Assembly (NCBI GenBank): GCA_964035545.1
Contig: OZ037770.1
Span: 11,242,463-11,306,462 of the forward strand
Direction of reading: 5' to 3'
Length of the DNA stretch: 64,000 nucleotides
Origin: Bugula neritina
Lineage: Eukaryota > Animalia > Bryozoa
The number at the start of each line of letters is the position of its first letter. Position 1 is the stretch's first letter. Shown one piece after another: positions 60,959 through 64,000 of this stretch. Both the position numbers and the translations under genes were made by a program. The notes below the pieces were generated by a model, which ran no database searches, was not told where the DNA came from, and worked only from the letters and a program-made list of their open reading frames with translations.

Positions 60959-63900
60959 TGCAAGCATATGGTTTATAGACTATAGAGGGGGTTGGTACGT
61001 TATATAATGGGGAGTAAGCAAATAATATGAGGATTTTGTGTTATTATCACAAGCAACCTAAATTAGTCGTCATTTAAAATGGTTTTGAGTATGTCAAATA
61101 TACTGAGGAAAAAGTACATAAATACCCTAAAGAAGTATAGCATCTACAAAAGCTACAAATAATTTTCTAAATATTCAATAAATATTTCATTATTGCCTTG
61201 GTTGAAAGTGATTGCAATATTTGAATATAGTTATCACTTGTGATATTTTTCAAATTAAACAAAAGTTGTCTTCTCAATTTTGCATTTAGGTTATTATGCA
61301 GTTTATTCAACTTGTAGAATATTGCGGGTGTCTTTCAAAACCATTTTAGTGACTGTAGTTTTATCCCTACTGAATTTCACCCCCACTTGTATTGACTTCA
61401 AAATGTTATGACTAGAACCTAAAACATCTTATGAGGTCTGTCAACACATCTACTGATGACAGGTACACGTGTAACATTATGCCATTATACGTGTAATATT
61501 GTAGCATTATTTGTGTAACATTGTGCCATTATAAGTGTAATATTGTGTAATATTTTGCCATTATACGTGTAATAATAATGGGCGAGTTTTCTTACATGAA
61601 CTTTGGTTATACATTTTAAAACATCCGTATTTTGGTGTATGAAACATTTTAGCAACTGAACATCATACAAATTAAGGATTTTTCTAGCCTGTACTCTGTA
61701 TATTATTTTTAAGATAGTGTTATTGAAATTTGTTATTGTAAACATGTAGTCAGGTTGCTCATTGAAAGGTTTGACGAGTGTGTTAGTTTCTCAGAGTAAA
61801 TCTATTTTTATAATTATATTTATAGAGTTATAAAAATAGAACTGTTTGCATAAAGGTATTGTTTCATTTATAGACAAAAATTGGGAAATGTCTCCATCGT
61901 TTTATTTCAAGTGTAATTTATAAATAACTTAACAACTGCAGCAAGTTGCAAGTAGAAAAGTTAGTTTTGAGGGTAGTGTACTAGTTGACACAGTAGTAAA
62001 GTGTTATGTATAGTGAATTAACCTTAATTGTCCTCACCATTGTTATCAGTCACAACATAACATAATGCCAGTTTTAATGTATTATATAGTATTATTCAGT
62101 TATGTATTGTGTCTGTGATTAGTTTAATGATTGTATCAGCTTTTGATTTCCGATTATGCTCATTGAAAAAATAAAAATGGTTCTGAGAAGTTCAATAGAC
62201 AATCTTCACTCAACCTATTCCACGAGTTAATTTAACTCAGAAGAATTCTACACATGCCGGCTCATTATTACAATGCAGGCAGCATGAATGGAGAAAATCA
62301 ATAATTGCGTGTGTAAGGCATGTTTGCATAATATAATTCATCAATAGAAATGATTTCATTATTAGGTTTGCTATTTAAGAAAAATGGAAAATTTCCATTG
62401 CCTTCAAAAAATTTCCGTGACGTGTGAGTATTATATCAGCTATTACCATCGTTACATTGTTTTTTCAATGACAATTCGTCGGCAGCGAGCATTGATACGG
62501 CAGCATGCATTGAAGCACATGTTATGTTTACAGGGAAGTTGAGTTCAGAAGTACAAGTTTATAGCGGTTAGCAACCCAAAGCAGTGGACCCTAAATGCCT
62601 ACTTTCTATGCCTACCAAAGAACCTACATGCATTTCACTGAGGACCTGCATGTAATAGCATTTATAACAAATAAAAAATAAACACAACAAGGATAAAAAT
62701 GTGAGCCTTTCTCGTAGGCTGTGTTCACTGATAAGCAGTGCTTTTAGTACGGTACCTAGAGATGAGCCTGCGAGCTACTGCACGGAAGCTGACTAGGCAC
62801 TAAGTCTAAGCAGCGGATACGACAGCAGCTTCCGACCATCAGCGTCTGCAGCTGCCGCCATTTACTTCTCTATGTAAAACAATGTAATTAAGAATACAAA
62901 TATTATTAACATCTTGATGTAGTAAGACAATGAATAAAACATTACATACTGAGTATAAACCCTGAATATAAACAAACAATGGATACCAGTTGATGAAAAC
63001 CAAGCAAAAAGCAAAAATTTCTTCAATTTCTGAATTTAGTGATCATCAAGTCATACTAGGAATAATAAATCCAGTGTTTATTTATAGCAGAGCTACAATT
63101 TTATAGCTGAATACTACAACAACTTTATAAAAGAATATGCCTTTACATTACGCAATTACAATCTAACTAGAACACACTTAATTAGAATTAAAATGACGAA
63201 GTGTTTATGGTGGAAAAAGTTCACAGATTTGTTTTAGTGGGAAAATAATAAAGATGTTTTAGATTGAGACTGTGAAAAGGTAGGATAGTAAGGGTTAGTG
63301 CACATGGAAGTCTTATTTAATGATATGTTATTTATTTACACAATTTATCTTCTCTAACATAATATATAGAATAGCAAAATGAGAGAATAATACACATTAG
63401 CTTATTGCTACTAGATTCTAGTGACTATGCATTAATTTCCCTTGCCATTACAAAGAACCACAGACATAGCTTGACACATATAAGTTCTACCACAAATTTT
63501 CTAGTACACAAGTATTAAATTTAGTTAAAACAGTTTTTTGAACTAAAAATTAGCATATAAATTATAAAGCACAGAAAAGTGTGTATATTTTATTCTCCAA
63601 AGTAAATGTAGACATAGGAAGATGGCATTCTAATGCCTTTACTGACAAAGAATGTAAAAATATGTTGAAAAAAGCATCCACAACCAGTACTAATGTAACT
63701 GTCAGGGGAGGTAACTTTTTACAAAACACCGTTTCAAATAGAAGCAGATGTGATAATTTAGTATTTTGATATGCAGACGCATTGTATGCCAAGTAAAGCC
63801 TAATTTCATGCAATAAAATTTCTAAACTATTTTTCGAAAATGTTTCACAGCTTTTTTTTTTTAAATGGCTACTATTGCATCACATATTTTAAGAGAGTTG

Positions 63901-64000
63901 TGCTGAAGCAGTGACAGCAGTTTGAGATCAATACTGCTGTGCTGATTAGGGTTTACAAGTATACTAACTACACTTTAATAACCACAAACTTAATTAAAAT

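Noticed and set aside
60959-64000. SLC6 TM1-TM2 exons (GLGNVWRFP)
   Set aside because: Not found; the WRHFP-like hit near 61885 lacks context, so these exons probably lie beyond the window.

Overview
AT-rich, intron-dense animal genomic DNA (probably an invertebrate; the taxon cannot be fixed from sequence alone). I reconstructed five protein-coding genes by hand from GT-AG splice sites with phase checking. (1) A rhodopsin-class GPCR on the minus strand, running off the left edge and absent from the ORF track. (2) An 8-exon RhoGAP-domain gene (+). (3) A 31-exon ZNFX1-like SF1 RNA helicase (-, ~1792 aa). (4) A ~39-exon ZFC3H1/Red1-like RNA-surveillance scaffold (+), head-to-head with ZNFX1. 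(5) The 3' part of an SLC6 amino-acid/glycine-type transporter (-), tail-to-tail with ZFC3H1. Introns carry two tRNA-derived SINE families, several MITEs, and many mini- and microsatellites. Most notable: the ZNFX1 protein appears to lack the usual C-terminal helical region and RZ finger. It ends instead in a proline-rich / LKKV / acidic-Trp tail resembling the WH2-C-A (VCA) module of Arp2/3 activators. Second theme: tandem duplications repeatedly copy splice sites, including a ~29-copy 33-bp array of the ZNFX1 exon-19 donor.
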